The translations under genes were made by a program, and so were the position numbers. From Pseudomonadota bacterium (GTDB lineage Bacteria > Campylobacterota > Campylobacteria > Campylobacterales > Sulfurimonadaceae): a stretch of 52,444 nt of DNA. How positions within the stretch are numbered: position 1 is the first letter of the stretch; each line of letters starts with the position of its first letter. The notes under the pieces are model-generated. The model did no database searches and had not been told where the DNA came from. It was given only the letters and a program-made list of their open reading frames with translations. The stretch spans positions 1 through 52,444 of the forward strand of contig JAZDQA010000003.1 in the NCBI GenBank assembly GCA_043797085.1, read 5' to 3'. Below are positions 1-9,461 of the stretch, piece after piece.

Positions 1-74
1 TGGACAATGCCAATCCGAAACTGGAGCTTGACGATCTCTCAGCTCAGTATCCATTTCGAGGGACGACTCGATAG
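1..74 (+). CDS. Possible 3' end of a gene starting outside the window (..DNANPKLELDDLSAQYPFRGTTR*)
   Basis: Open frame from the window edge to TAG at 72-74, followed by AT-rich intergenic DNA; too short to identify. Confidence 0.3.
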   Translation, partial: DNANPKLELDDLSAQYPFRGTTR

Positions 75-224
75 CGCTTTAAATTTATGATACAATTTTA
101 GGAACTACTAGATGCTGACACAGAATTCTGAACAGTCCCTATAAAATCTATCATAAGCCTCTATAATAGACGATTATCCTTATTTTAAAACACTAATTTT
201 TATAGTTTCAGAATCACTTTTCTT

Positions 225-286
225 GTCTCCACTTGATACGGGATCCATCTCTTGAATTGGATTCCGTGTCGTAGAACGGAATGACG
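225..286. repeat. REP-like palindromic element pair (GTCA/CGTC-tagged type)
   Basis: gatacgggatcca..tggattccgtgtc stem, then ..acggaatgacg; related units near 30800, 34433 and 16971. Confidence 0.5.
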
Positions 287-331
287 AGAGTATGTTTAGT
301 TAATGATGTTTGGTATTATATAATTATATAT

Positions 332-1252
332 TCAACCTCCTAAATAATGCTCCGTAATGTTCGCGCGATTATGCTTCATTTCCCAGCTCACCGCTTGCAG
401 GCTCTGCTCATAGGTATAACCTGCTTTGGCGTATTCCATCATCCGCCGCTTTGCAAAATTCCACCTAAGTCCGTGCGATCCCTCTGGCTTCATGCCCATT
501 TTCTCAGCAGCGGCACGAATATCATAACTGTATTTTTGGCGATCGATTTTGAAACGTTTATTGGTTTGAAAATGGTATAAAAGTCGATTGTAGGTAGTAG
601 TTGATACCAACACATCACCTTGCTTGCCCCCCTTCTCAGTAGTAAATATTACCCCTTTCTCAGTAGCAGTGATTGGATCAAATCGGATGCCATGCATTTG
701 CTCAGGCTTAATGAGTCCAACTCCCTCGATGCGTGCACCACTTTCATATTGAATCGTTGCCGCTAAACGATGTGTGGATTCTATTAGCGATGCGATCACT
801 ATAAGTGGATATTTATAAGTACGATTGTGGTAATTATTGGCAACGAGTTTCAAATCTCGTGACGTATTTAAAACGTCTTGACGAATCGAAAAATCATACT
901 CACCCGCTTCACCGTATTTAGACAAGGTATAGCGCTTTAAGGCAATCTCTAATTTACCCATAGATGAGGATATCTTCTCTAAATACTGCTTGCTGACATG
1001 ATATTCTGACTTGTACTCCATATAAGAAGCGACCATTTCGCCGGTAATTAATATTGGATCTTTGATTTTCCAATGTTCTCTCAAATAGTGAAAGAAATTT
1101 TCCCAAACGTCACGATACGCTTTGGCGGTCTTATATGAAGCTATGCATTGAAAATGAGGATGTGCCTTATCGACACGTTCTGTTTTTTTAGCCCCTTCGA
1201 CAAATATGGTTTTAATCAGCTCTGCCGATTGGTAATAAACAGATCCTCGCAT
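332..1252 (-). CDS. Tyrosine recombinase-superfamily protein (short, 306 aa)
   Basis: Catalytic set R (GARIEG), K (EKGGK), HxxR (HGLR), H (MKHNR), Y (EHYL); N-terminal SAM-like helical region. Confidence 0.85.
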   Translation of the reverse strand: MRGSVYYQSAELIKTIFVEGAKKTERVDKAHPHFQCIASYKTAKAYRDVWENFFHYLREHWKIKDPILITGEMVASYMEYKSEYHVSKQYLEKISSSMGKLEIALKRYTLSKYGEAGEYDFSIRQDVLNTSRDLKLVANNYHNRTYKYPLIVIASLIESTHRLAATIQYESGARIEGVGLIKPEQMHGIRFDPITATEKGVIFTTEKGGKQGDVLVSTTTYNRLLYHFQTNKRFKIDRQKYSYDIRAAAEKMGMKPEGSHGLRWNFAKRRMMEYAKAGYTYEQSLQAVSWEMKHNRANITEHYLGG

Positions 1253-1512
1253 GTGGTCTTCTCGTTGATGAAATAGGTGAACGGATTAAGCCGCCGTCCG
1301 GCAGTGATGAAAAATCATCGTGTTAAGTCAATCTACTTTATTATTTTCGTGTAAAGCGCAATCACGGCTCTTTTGGTTGCGGTGGTATGAATGACTCGTA
1401 AGTCACTCTGGGCTCCATCGATTTTTAGATTCATAATTTAAAAACAAGAGAACAATAACATGGAAATTCATTTGATTTTACTCGGAGTGTTTTGTTGTGA
1501 GAGGTTTTAAAA

Positions 1513-1625
1513 TTGCTCGGTTTCTATTTTACAGATAAATATAGCTTGTAGTCCCCAGTAGAGGGGACTAGGAGAGTTTGACAAAATACTTTGTGAAAAT
1601 GCCAAAAGAAATGCTTTTTGAATGG
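1513..1625. repeat. 113-bp direct repeat, copy 1 (left boundary of the RM cassette)
   Basis: Ungapped alignment to 11754-11866, 15 mismatches by manual count; contains cttgtagtcccc-agtaga-ggggactaggag. Confidence 0.95.
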
Positions 1626-1685
1626 TTGAGAAAACGTCTTTAGAAAAATAAATAGTCAAGAAAATTTCAAAATTTAGTTTATTAC

Positions 1686-2378
1686 CTAAAGAGACAATGT
1701 CATCCCGTTGTTTTTAAGCCATTCTTTTTTCTTCTGATAACCGGGCATAATTTTACCCAGCTCTTTCCAGAAGCGCTCGCTGTGTGAATGTTCTTGCAAA
1801 TGGGTCAACTCGTGAGCAATAACATAATCAATAATTGAAAGCGGTGCCATCGCGATCTTCCAGTTGAAATTTAGAATCCCTTCTTTAGAACATGATCCCC
1901 ATCTATATCCTAGATCAATCACCCGAATAGAGGGAAGATTCTCCTTTTTAAATCCGAATACGTGCTTGAGCCGCTCATTGATCTTTTCTTCAAGACGTAC
2001 GCAATACCAACCGATAAAGCATTTTTTAGCTTCTCTTTGATGATCTCGGCTTAGGCAAAACCATCCCTCATGCATTTTCAGTGGCTTTTCCTGAGCATCC
2101 ATTAATTTCATCCGATACCGTCGTCCCAGATACTCGAAACTCTCCCCTGTAATAAACTGTTTTTGAGGTGCTTCACTGTTTTGATGCTTCTTGATCACCT
2201 GCTTTTCCCATATCCATAGTCGCTTGTCATTGACATGTTTTTCAACGGCTTCTTCGGTAACGATTTCAGGGGCAGAAACGACTACGCTTCCATCACGCTC
2301 AACCGATATACCGATCGTTTTACGCCCAGAGCGTTTGAGCGTATACTCAATGAGTGAGTTTGAGGGTTTTAAGCGCAT
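1686..2378 (-). CDS. YgjP/DUF45 (M48-like) zinc metallohydrolase associated with type I RM
   Basis: RWGSCS, NFNWKI and DYVIAHELTH (HExxH) motifs; likely start ATG at 2378, overlapping the hsdR end. Confidence 0.85.
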   Translation of the reverse strand: MRLKPSNSLIEYTLKRSGRKTIGISVERDGSVVVSAPEIVTEEAVEKHVNDKRLWIWEKQVIKKHQNSEAPQKQFITGESFEYLGRRYRMKLMDAQEKPLKMHEGWFCLSRDHQREAKKCFIGWYCVRLEEKINERLKHVFGFKKENLPSIRVIDLGYRWGSCSKEGILNFNWKIAMAPLSIIDYVIAHELTHLQEHSHSERFWKELGKIMPGYQKKKEWLKNNGMTLSL

Positions 2379-5300
2379 GATGATTTTTTTCACATAGGTG
2401 CATAAACTCGGGCTTGAGCGTTGTGATTGCACCGATTAGAGATTTATTTTTTGTCGAAGCAAGTCGCCCTACCAGAACATTTTCGAGCTCTTTACGGGAA
2501 CTTTCTCCTGTTGTTCCCCAAAAATCTACTTTTTGAATTTCTCTTGCCGCGATTTCAACCGTATCAATCACAAGCTGCAATAGCATCTCTTGTATTGGTG
2601 CATCAAGATCTGCTTCTCCTAGTGGTGTACGAAATAGTCGGTAAAACGGCATACATACATCACATCCAATCTCAGCAAAAAATGGAAGTATTTCACTGCC
2701 AGCTTTGACATCATCAATGAATTTGGAAAACTTTTTAACCAGTTCATCCCACTGCCCTTGATGCTCTTTGATAATTTTTTCGAGTTTCTCCGCCAATGAG
2801 CGATAATAAATCGGATCTTTATCCATATTGATTTTGATGGTGTACCGCAGTGCATGTTCCATCTCAGAAGCTATCGCCTTCTCAGAACGACCTCGAAGTG
2901 CATCGGCAAATTCATCATCAAAAATTGATACGGGACGAACTTTTACACTTACCCCTTTACTGGTTACGAACTCATCTATGAGGGCTTTCACCTTAGCGCC
3001 GACCCCCTCGATGGCTAACTCTGGATCACGGTAACGGCGGAGCGCTTCGAGCTGGACCAATCCCCAGACTTTGGCATCATCAAGATAAAACTTTTTGATT
3101 GGATGCGGAAGGATAAAATCGATGATACGAGTAAAATCACGTAAAAGGACTTTGAACTCTTGGCGTAGCTTCTCATCGGCAAGTAAAACCACAGCATCTT
3201 CGAGTGTCTCTTCGGAGACTTCAGAGATCTTATACTCCGCAAAAAACTGGACAACTTTGCGATGATTACTCTCAAGGGCTTCGTACTCTTCACCAAAATC
3301 ACTCATAATTCCTTCAATATCGCTGGCTTCATAATTGGATAACGCATCCCTAAGATGATGCCCTACACCAAAATAATCGACGATTAATCCCCTGGATTTG
3401 CCGGTACTGGTTCGATTAACCCGTGCAATTGCCTGAAGTAGGTTATGGGCAACAAGCTTTTTATCCAAATACATTACCTGCTCGATCGGTGCATCAAATC
3501 CCGTAAGGAGCATATCACTGACGACGATAAACGCTAATTGTGATGTTTTTTCACCATCAAAAATTTCATCCTCATTATTGCTTTCACACGGATTGATAAG
3601 AAAAAGAGATTTTTTAAACTGCGTGACACTGCTTTCACGATGTTCTTTGGTTGTAAAACGGGGTGGAAATTCATCAGGATTATCATTGTGCTTTTTCGAG
3701 ATGACCACTGCCACACTGAGCCGTCCAACAAGTTTTTTAAGCGGGTTGTCATCCTCCATAGTATTATGATATTCTCGAATTGCCTCACTCAGTGCTTCAT
3801 GATAACGCAGTGCCGCCAACCTTGAGCTCGTAACAACTTGCGCTTTGAATCCATTCGGGAGGATATTGGTCACATAGTGCTCGACCATATCACGGGCGAT
3901 GGCTTGGATACGCTTAGGTGCGGAGAGGATATCCCCTTTGGTTCCGTATTTTTGTTTGATCTTTTCTTGTTGCTCTGACGTCAGATCCGCAAACATATCT
4001 TCAAACGCCGAATCAAATCCGCCATCACTAATCAGAGCATCGTGTGAAGTTTTCCCCTCGTAGATGATCGGCACCGTCGCGCCGTCTTTAACCGCCTGAG
4101 TGATCGTATAGGTATCAATGTATTCTCCAAACGACGTAACTGTTTTTTCGATAGGTGTACCAGTAAACGCGATACGGGCGGCATTGGGCATCGCGATACG
4201 CAAGTTTGCCCCCAGTTTGGAATACTGGCTGCGGTGTGCCTCATCGATCATTACAAGAATTTCATGTTTGTCACTGAGCTGTTTATACTCTTCGTCATCA
4301 TTGAACTTTTGCATCATGGTCATAACGATGTCGCTAGTATCATTGGAGAGAATGGCTTTGAGCTTTTTAGCCGAATCAGCAGTAATGATTTTTTCACCGG
4401 TTAATGCCGCTGTCTCTTCGAGCTGGTCTTGTAAATCGGTCCGATCGACGACAAAAACAATCTTATAGTTTTGCATTGATGCGAGTGTTCGGCTGTATCG
4501 GATTAAGAAAACCATTGTGAGGCTTTTACCGCTTCCTTGAGTATGCCATACCACTCCGCTTCGTTCATCTGTTTTAGAGTTACTTACGACCCGCTCAATC
4601 GTTTTTTTAACGGCACGGTATTGCTGATAGCGACAGGCTATTTTTATTCTCTTACGACCGCTTCCCATGACAGAAACAAAGCTTTGGACTATTTCAAGGA
4701 GATTTCTAGGAGAAAGTACTCCATACGCCATAATCGCTTGTTCATCACTTCCGCTTTCTTCCAGTGTGTAAGGATATGGATCTTTCCATCCCAAAAAGTG
4801 CTCTAGCGACGAGCTGATTGTACCTACTCGTGCATGAGTTCGGCAGGTGGCGATGAGAAGTGCATTGGTAACAAAAAGTTGCTTAGCCCCTTCACGTGTT
4901 TGAGTACCACGCGTATCGGCATAGCGTCGCATCTGCTTGACCGCTTCATCGATCGGATCGGTGACATCTGGAGCTTTGCATTCGATGACGACAAGCGGGA
5001 TACCGTTGACGAAAAGAACGAGATCAGGGACAATCGTCTCTGCTCCTTCGATCAAAAACTGCGAGACGACAAAGAAATCATTATTTTCAGGGTTCTCAAA
5101 ATCGATGTAACGTACGGTGGGAGATTTTTGCCCTGTGATGGGATTGAGATCAACTGAGGTGTTTTCCAGCAGGAGCTTAGTAGCGGCTTCGTTACTCTCT
5201 AGCAATGATCCGCTACCGCTTCGCTCCAACGTCGAAACGACCTCATGGAGATGTTCGTCGGTAAGCCAGTCGCCATTAATACGGGTGAGAGATTCTTTGA

Positions 5301-5469
5301 GCCGCGTACGCAATATTGCCTCTTTGAACGAACTACGTCCTAGCAGAGCCTCTTCGTTGCGATGTTTGTTATTGAGATCATCAACTCGGTGAGTGGTCCA
5401 CCCAAGCTTTTTGAGCAGTTCCAGCAGGTTATCTTCGACAAAAGCCTCTTCGCGAATCCATTGGCTCAT
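2347..5469 (-). CDS. hsdR: Type I restriction endonuclease subunit R
   Basis: PD..ECK nuclease motif (PDLVLFVNGIPLVVIECK), WHTQGSGKS Walker A, DEAHRSQY, FTGTP, MLLTGFDAP, QAIARVNR. Confidence 0.97.
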   Translation of the reverse strand: MSQWIREEAFVEDNLLELLKKLGWTTHRVDDLNNKHRNEEALLGRSSFKEAILRTRLKESLTRINGDWLTDEHLHEVVSTLERSGSGSLLESNEAATKLLLENTSVDLNPITGQKSPTVRYIDFENPENNDFFVVSQFLIEGAETIVPDLVLFVNGIPLVVIECKAPDVTDPIDEAVKQMRRYADTRGTQTREGAKQLFVTNALLIATCRTHARVGTISSSLEHFLGWKDPYPYTLEESGSDEQAIMAYGVLSPRNLLEIVQSFVSVMGSGRKRIKIACRYQQYRAVKKTIERVVSNSKTDERSGVVWHTQGSGKSLTMVFLIRYSRTLASMQNYKIVFVVDRTDLQDQLEETAALTGEKIITADSAKKLKAILSNDTSDIVMTMMQKFNDDEEYKQLSDKHEILVMIDEAHRSQYSKLGANLRIAMPNAARIAFTGTPIEKTVTSFGEYIDTYTITQAVKDGATVPIIYEGKTSHDALISDGGFDSAFEDMFADLTSEQQEKIKQKYGTKGDILSAPKRIQAIARDMVEHYVTNILPNGFKAQVVTSSRLAALRYHEALSEAIREYHNTMEDDNPLKKLVGRLSVAVVISKKHNDNPDEFPPRFTTKEHRESSVTQFKKSLFLINPCESNNEDEIFDGEKTSQLAFIVVSDMLLTGFDAPIEQVMYLDKKLVAHNLLQAIARVNRTSTGKSRGLIVDYFGVGHHLRDALSNYEASDIEGIMSDFGEEYEALESNHRKVVQFFAEYKISEVSEETLEDAVVLLADEKLRQEFKVLLRDFTRIIDFILPHPIKKFYLDDAKVWGLVQLEALRRYRDPELAIEGVGAKVKALIDEFVTSKGVSVKVRPVSIFDDEFADALRGRSEKAIASEMEHALRYTIKINMDKDPIYYRSLAEKLEKIIKEHQGQWDELVKKFSKFIDDVKAGSEILPFFAEIGCDVCMPFYRLFRTPLGEADLDAPIQEMLLQLVIDTVEIAAREIQKVDFWGTTGESSRKELENVLVGRLASTKNKSLIGAITTLKPEFMHLCEKNHHALKTLKLTH

Positions 5470-7256
5470 TGTATTCCTTTAGCTCTATAAGCTTGCTGTG
5501 GATGATTGGCTTCTGGATACTTTGTTACTAAAAGCCCCTCTTTGACCATGGGAGACAAATATTTATTTCGCAAAGTAATGACTTTACGATTTAATAAAGG
5601 TGCAAGCTCTTGCTTTGTGTAATAAGCGTTTGAGCATAGAACCATTATGGCTTCTCGCACCGATGGCATGGGTGCTCTTGAATGATTTCTCACGTATTCG
5701 ACAACTTCGTTAAGGTGCAAGCTCGGATCTGTAAGGTGCAAGCTCTCATCCTTATGATGCAAGCTCTCGGTAGAGTCGGATAAGGAGTATTTCATCCCTC
5801 GACCAACACCATCAGGTGTTAAGACTCCTTTATCCACCAATGAGCGCAAAATCTTTGTAGCATCTGCTGAATGTAGTGCCGCAACACTACTAAGTCGCTG
5901 ATTACTCACCTCATGCTCTGCGTATGCCAAGATTAATGCAATGCGTTCATCTTTATGGAGAAGACTATAGAGCTTACCATACTTCTCTTGCAACGTATTT
6001 TGGATTTCTGGAGGGAACAGACTTACCGTAGGAAGATAGAGCGTAGTCGTTTCATATTCAAAATCTTCATCGATACTCGGGAACTGCCAATGCTGTTCAT
6101 GCCATGCTCGTAACATCTTTGGAAAACCTGACCCTGCTTGTTCACCCCATCCTATGAACTGAAACATCTTTTGCAGTGTTTTATTACGGCAATCACTCCG
6201 ACCGCCTTTAAAAATCTCACTTTTACTGACCCGCATAATGCCGGGATTACGGAAACTGTATCCATCAATGTGTTTGATAATCAACACCCCGATATTACCG
6301 TTATAGTTTGCATGCACGAGCGAGTTAACCAATGCTTCACGAAGCGCTTCATGTACATGCGTTTCATCCACACGTTGAAGTCCATCTTTGAGCTGAAACG
6401 GTACTTTCAAATCAGCCAAAAGCTTACGAGAGGTTTTAATAGCAAAATCATACAGATTGCCCGACCATGTTCCATCGGTTGTAATGCGATCGATCCAACG
6501 ACGATCCGGATTTTCATCTTTTTCTTGATAATCCACCAGATAGTTTGGTATACCATCTAAAATTGAGCGCATCTTTCCAAACATCAGCAAACCGGCGATT
6601 GTCAGCCCCTCACTTTGATTGACTCTATCGACTCCATATCCACCAATCGAGATTAAAAAATCCTTGTCACTTTGATGACTAAATGGGTGATCGAGTTTAA
6701 AGCTATTGAACACATTTCGGTAACGGTGTAAAGAGTCCATATCCAGATCATCGAGAGTGAAATTTTTGAGGATTTTTGTGTCATTCGAGTCATTCACTGC
6801 ATCAGCGAGCAAGTGACGAACGATCTCATCTTTGGCCTTGATGTCAGATTCATGATAACGCAGATACGTTCCTACTAGAGGATTTTGTCCCATATATACA
6901 GGACGCTTTTTTCGATCGGCACGTGGGACATGAATGAGTAACAGATTCATTCCATCACAGTTGATCACCTGTACGTCTGAACTACCAAGGAGATTATGGC
7001 TGATTTTTTGAGGGTTGTTGATCTGTGTCCAAAACTGCTGTTGAACTTTTTCGATGTTGTTGATTCCGAGAAACTGCAACGAACCGTCTTTATGCTCTTT
7101 GGCTCCCAGCAATATCATTCCGCCATCGGTATTGGCAAAAGCAACATACGTTTCCCACAGTTCATTGGGGAGTTCGCCGTTACCGTCACGACCTTGGGCA
7201 GCTTTGGCTTCAAAGGAAGTACTTTCTTTAAGTTCGAGGAGTTCAGTGCAGGTCAT
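5466..7256 (-). CDS. AlbA_2/Schlafen-like domain + RecG-C-like (HATPase_c_4) + winged-helix protein
   Basis: ESTSFEAK..ETYVAFANTDGGMILLG (AlbA_2); ALREALVNSLVH, NPG, CRNKTL, EQAGSG (HATPase_c_4); C-terminal wHTH. Confidence 0.85.
   Translation of the reverse strand: MTCTELLELKESTSFEAKAAQGRDGNGELPNELWETYVAFANTDGGMILLGAKEHKDGSLQFLGINNIEKVQQQFWTQINNPQKISHNLLGSSDVQVINCDGMNLLLIHVPRADRKKRPVYMGQNPLVGTYLRYHESDIKAKDEIVRHLLADAVNDSNDTKILKNFTLDDLDMDSLHRYRNVFNSFKLDHPFSHQSDKDFLISIGGYGVDRVNQSEGLTIAGLLMFGKMRSILDGIPNYLVDYQEKDENPDRRWIDRITTDGTWSGNLYDFAIKTSRKLLADLKVPFQLKDGLQRVDETHVHEALREALVNSLVHANYNGNIGVLIIKHIDGYSFRNPGIMRVSKSEIFKGGRSDCRNKTLQKMFQFIGWGEQAGSGFPKMLRAWHEQHWQFPSIDEDFEYETTTLYLPTVSLFPPEIQNTLQEKYGKLYSLLHKDERIALILAYAEHEVSNQRLSSVAALHSADATKILRSLVDKGVLTPDGVGRGMKYSLSDSTESLHHKDESLHLTDPSLHLNEVVEYVRNHSRAPMPSVREAIMVLCSNAYYTKQELAPLLNRKVITLRNKYLSPMVKEGLLVTKYPEANHPQQAYRAKGIQ
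5711..5773. repeat. Three degenerate 21-bp tandem repeats inside the CDS (7-aa xSLHxxD linker)
   Basis: taaggtgcaagctcggatctg / taaggtgcaagctctcatcct / tatgatgcaagctctcggtag. Confidence 0.8.
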
Positions 7257-8205
7257 TTACAGTTCCTTTATTCGTGTTCAAACCATTTGAAGCGCCATTC
7301 GCCCATCTGGCAAATTCTATCTCACAATCACCTAATAACGCATCTGCGATTACTCTCGGATTTTTTTCCAATAACTCAAACACATGTCTAGATTCAGCAT
7401 TCAAATCAGACTCTCGAAATGGTACCCCATGAAATAATTTGTCACGGAGACGTCCAGCTATTTCAATCCGGTCAAATCTGTAATCAACACCATGTTCTGA
7501 ACACTGCATAATTGCAGACTCTTCCAATCCAAGCAATATTTTTACTGCTTTACGCGAACCGATTCCATCTGCTTTAAGTTTATATGCCAAACTTTCCAAA
7601 CATGAAAACAATCTGGCTATTTTAAACACCTCATTTCTCTCGGCAGTTGCATCTTGATATAATCCAATCGCAAACAAAAAATGCTCATCTTTTTCTCCAG
7701 CTTGTATCATTCGTTCGAGTTGATCGGAGAAATCATTCCCAATATTTCCGAATCCAAGCCGTTGTCGCATTCGAGAATGCGGAGGTAGCATTCGAAAATA
7801 AGTCTGTTCTTGTGTTGCAGTGACATATGCAAATGGCACAAGAGAATCACCCGACGCCCAACTAACAATTTTTTCTGGAATAGAAAACATACTTTCGGCT
7901 ATTTGTTCCATTGCTTCAGGGGTATGATCGCCATTGATAATAGCAACAAAAGCGATTACTGGCTTTGCGGACTCTCCCTGTTTTTTAAGAGTATCAAGCG
8001 CTATTTGATCTACTTCACCACGACATATTTCAATGACATATTTAGCGGTATAATCAGCTTCTTTATCAAAACCTAAAGGGCGAAAGGGAATAGCATATAC
8101 ATCATCTTTTAATTTCAAAGGTTCTTGTAAAAAGCCACCTTCCATCAGCTTATGAACAGCGGGGCGCATTGATAGAATTTCTCTGACTTCGTCAATCCCT
8201 ATCAT
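7243..8205 (-). CDS. Putative HEPN-domain (ApeA/MauJ-like) RNase
   Basis: C-terminal LFSCLESLA helix and Rx4H motif RDKLFH(G); overlaps both neighbours. Confidence 0.6.
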   Translation of the reverse strand: MIGIDEVREILSMRPAVHKLMEGGFLQEPLKLKDDVYAIPFRPLGFDKEADYTAKYVIEICRGEVDQIALDTLKKQGESAKPVIAFVAIINGDHTPEAMEQIAESMFSIPEKIVSWASGDSLVPFAYVTATQEQTYFRMLPPHSRMRQRLGFGNIGNDFSDQLERMIQAGEKDEHFLFAIGLYQDATAERNEVFKIARLFSCLESLAYKLKADGIGSRKAVKILLGLEESAIMQCSEHGVDYRFDRIEIAGRLRDKLFHGVPFRESDLNAESRHVFELLEKNPRVIADALLGDCEIEFARWANGASNGLNTNKGTVNDLH

Positions 8206-9461
8206 CCCTTCACCCTAACATCCCCACTCAACAAATCCCCCATCAACCCTTTTTTGAGGTTTCGAAGTTTAGCGAGATTGGTCTCTTCGGTTTCGATTTT
8301 ACGATCTTGGGCAGAAAGGATAGCAGCAATTTTTTCTTGTTCATAAGATAATGGCATTCCGAGTAATGTTCTATCTACAAGTTGTTTACTCAGATTAGGC
8401 TGACCAGATCCTTGTGCTTGAAAAAGTAATTTTGGCATTGCATAAGAAAGAGCATAAAAAACAAAATCATTGCAATCTGAATTTATAGGAATAGCCAAAA
8501 CCGCTTGATTCGAACAAGCATCAATTTTTAGATATGCTATCTGACCAGCTGTTGCACCATACATCGCAACTAAAATGGTATCTTTTTTAATTAACTTTGT
8601 ACTTGAATTTTTTAGTGCTTCTTCAGTAATTTTTTCTTCGGTGTCATAAATTTTGTTTTGATTGACTTCTCCTGATTTAACCCACGGAATATGCCCACTG
8701 TAATAAGATTCAGTGCCACGATCTGGCGTTCCACCAGCAAATGTTTTACTGATGTTAACAATTGCTTTTACTTCCCACCCCTCCGGAATCATCCCCAACG
8801 GACTATCAACATACGTGTGCGTTTGAGGTGAGCGGATGCCCCCCTGCTCATCGATACCATGCGTCAACAAATCCGTCATCAGCCCTTTTTTGACCATTTT
8901 CTCTTTCTCGATCAACTTTTGCGTTGCTTCGATGGTACGGTCGAGAGTGGAGAGGATGGTTGTAATTTTTTTTTGTTCAACTAAACATGGAATTTTTATT
9001 TGAAGTTTTTCAATTCTAAATAATGCCAGCTTGGGCTGCACAGCAGCTCCTATATAAGTCATAATTTCTTGTTGAACATTATCGGAATTAATTTGATAAG
9101 ATAAAAAATCCTTATCAACATTTTTAATTTCACATATTTTTGCAGCATTCTCTGTTAAATTACCATTGTGAAGAACTTCTGGAATTACACCAGCAATACC
9201 AACCGTACCAGCAATTGATATATAAACATCTTCTTTGCTGATGATATATCGTTTGACTTTGATATGAGTCTCTTCGTCAATATATTTTAAGTCTGCAAGT
9301 GAAATTGTTCTTTCTAAGAAATCAGTTACGCGTATATATGGGTGTTCAGTTTTATCAATAACATATTCGGCACCTTCAGGCAACCGTTTTCCACCCATAA
9401 CTTTTGCAAAATCAGCTATCTTTTTAACTTCCCACCCCTCAGGCACCATCATCGCACTCAC
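8202..9461 (-). CDS. hsdS: Type I RM specificity subunit
   Basis: Two TRDs each starting PEGWEVK; conserved EQKKI..L and LKKGLM..LL helices. Confidence 0.96.
   Translation of the reverse strand: MSAMMVPEGWEVKKIADFAKVMGGKRLPEGAEYVIDKTEHPYIRVTDFLERTISLADLKYIDEETHIKVKRYIISKEDVYISIAGTVGIAGVIPEVLHNGNLTENAAKICEIKNVDKDFLSYQINSDNVQQEIMTYIGAAVQPKLALFRIEKLQIKIPCLVEQKKITTILSTLDRTIEATQKLIEKEKMVKKGLMTDLLTHGIDEQGGIRSPQTHTYVDSPLGMIPEGWEVKAIVNISKTFAGGTPDRGTESYYSGHIPWVKSGEVNQNKIYDTEEKITEEALKNSSTKLIKKDTILVAMYGATAGQIAYLKIDACSNQAVLAIPINSDCNDFVFYALSYAMPKLLFQAQGSGQPNLSKQLVDRTLLGMPLSYEQEKIAAILSAQDRKIETEETNLAKLRNLKKGLMGDLLSGDVRVKG

Noticed and set aside
1513..1625. Known riboswitch or IS terminal repeat as the explanation for the 113-bp repeat
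   Set aside because: I could not match a riboswitch consensus by eye, the copies are direct rather than inverted, and no transposase is present; an Rfam scan is still needed.
8202..9461. hsdS shufflon driven by the nearby recombinase
   Set aside because: The internal repeats (~8767 and ~9424) are the normal direct PEGWEVK duplication; no inverted repeats or silent TRD genes were seen.
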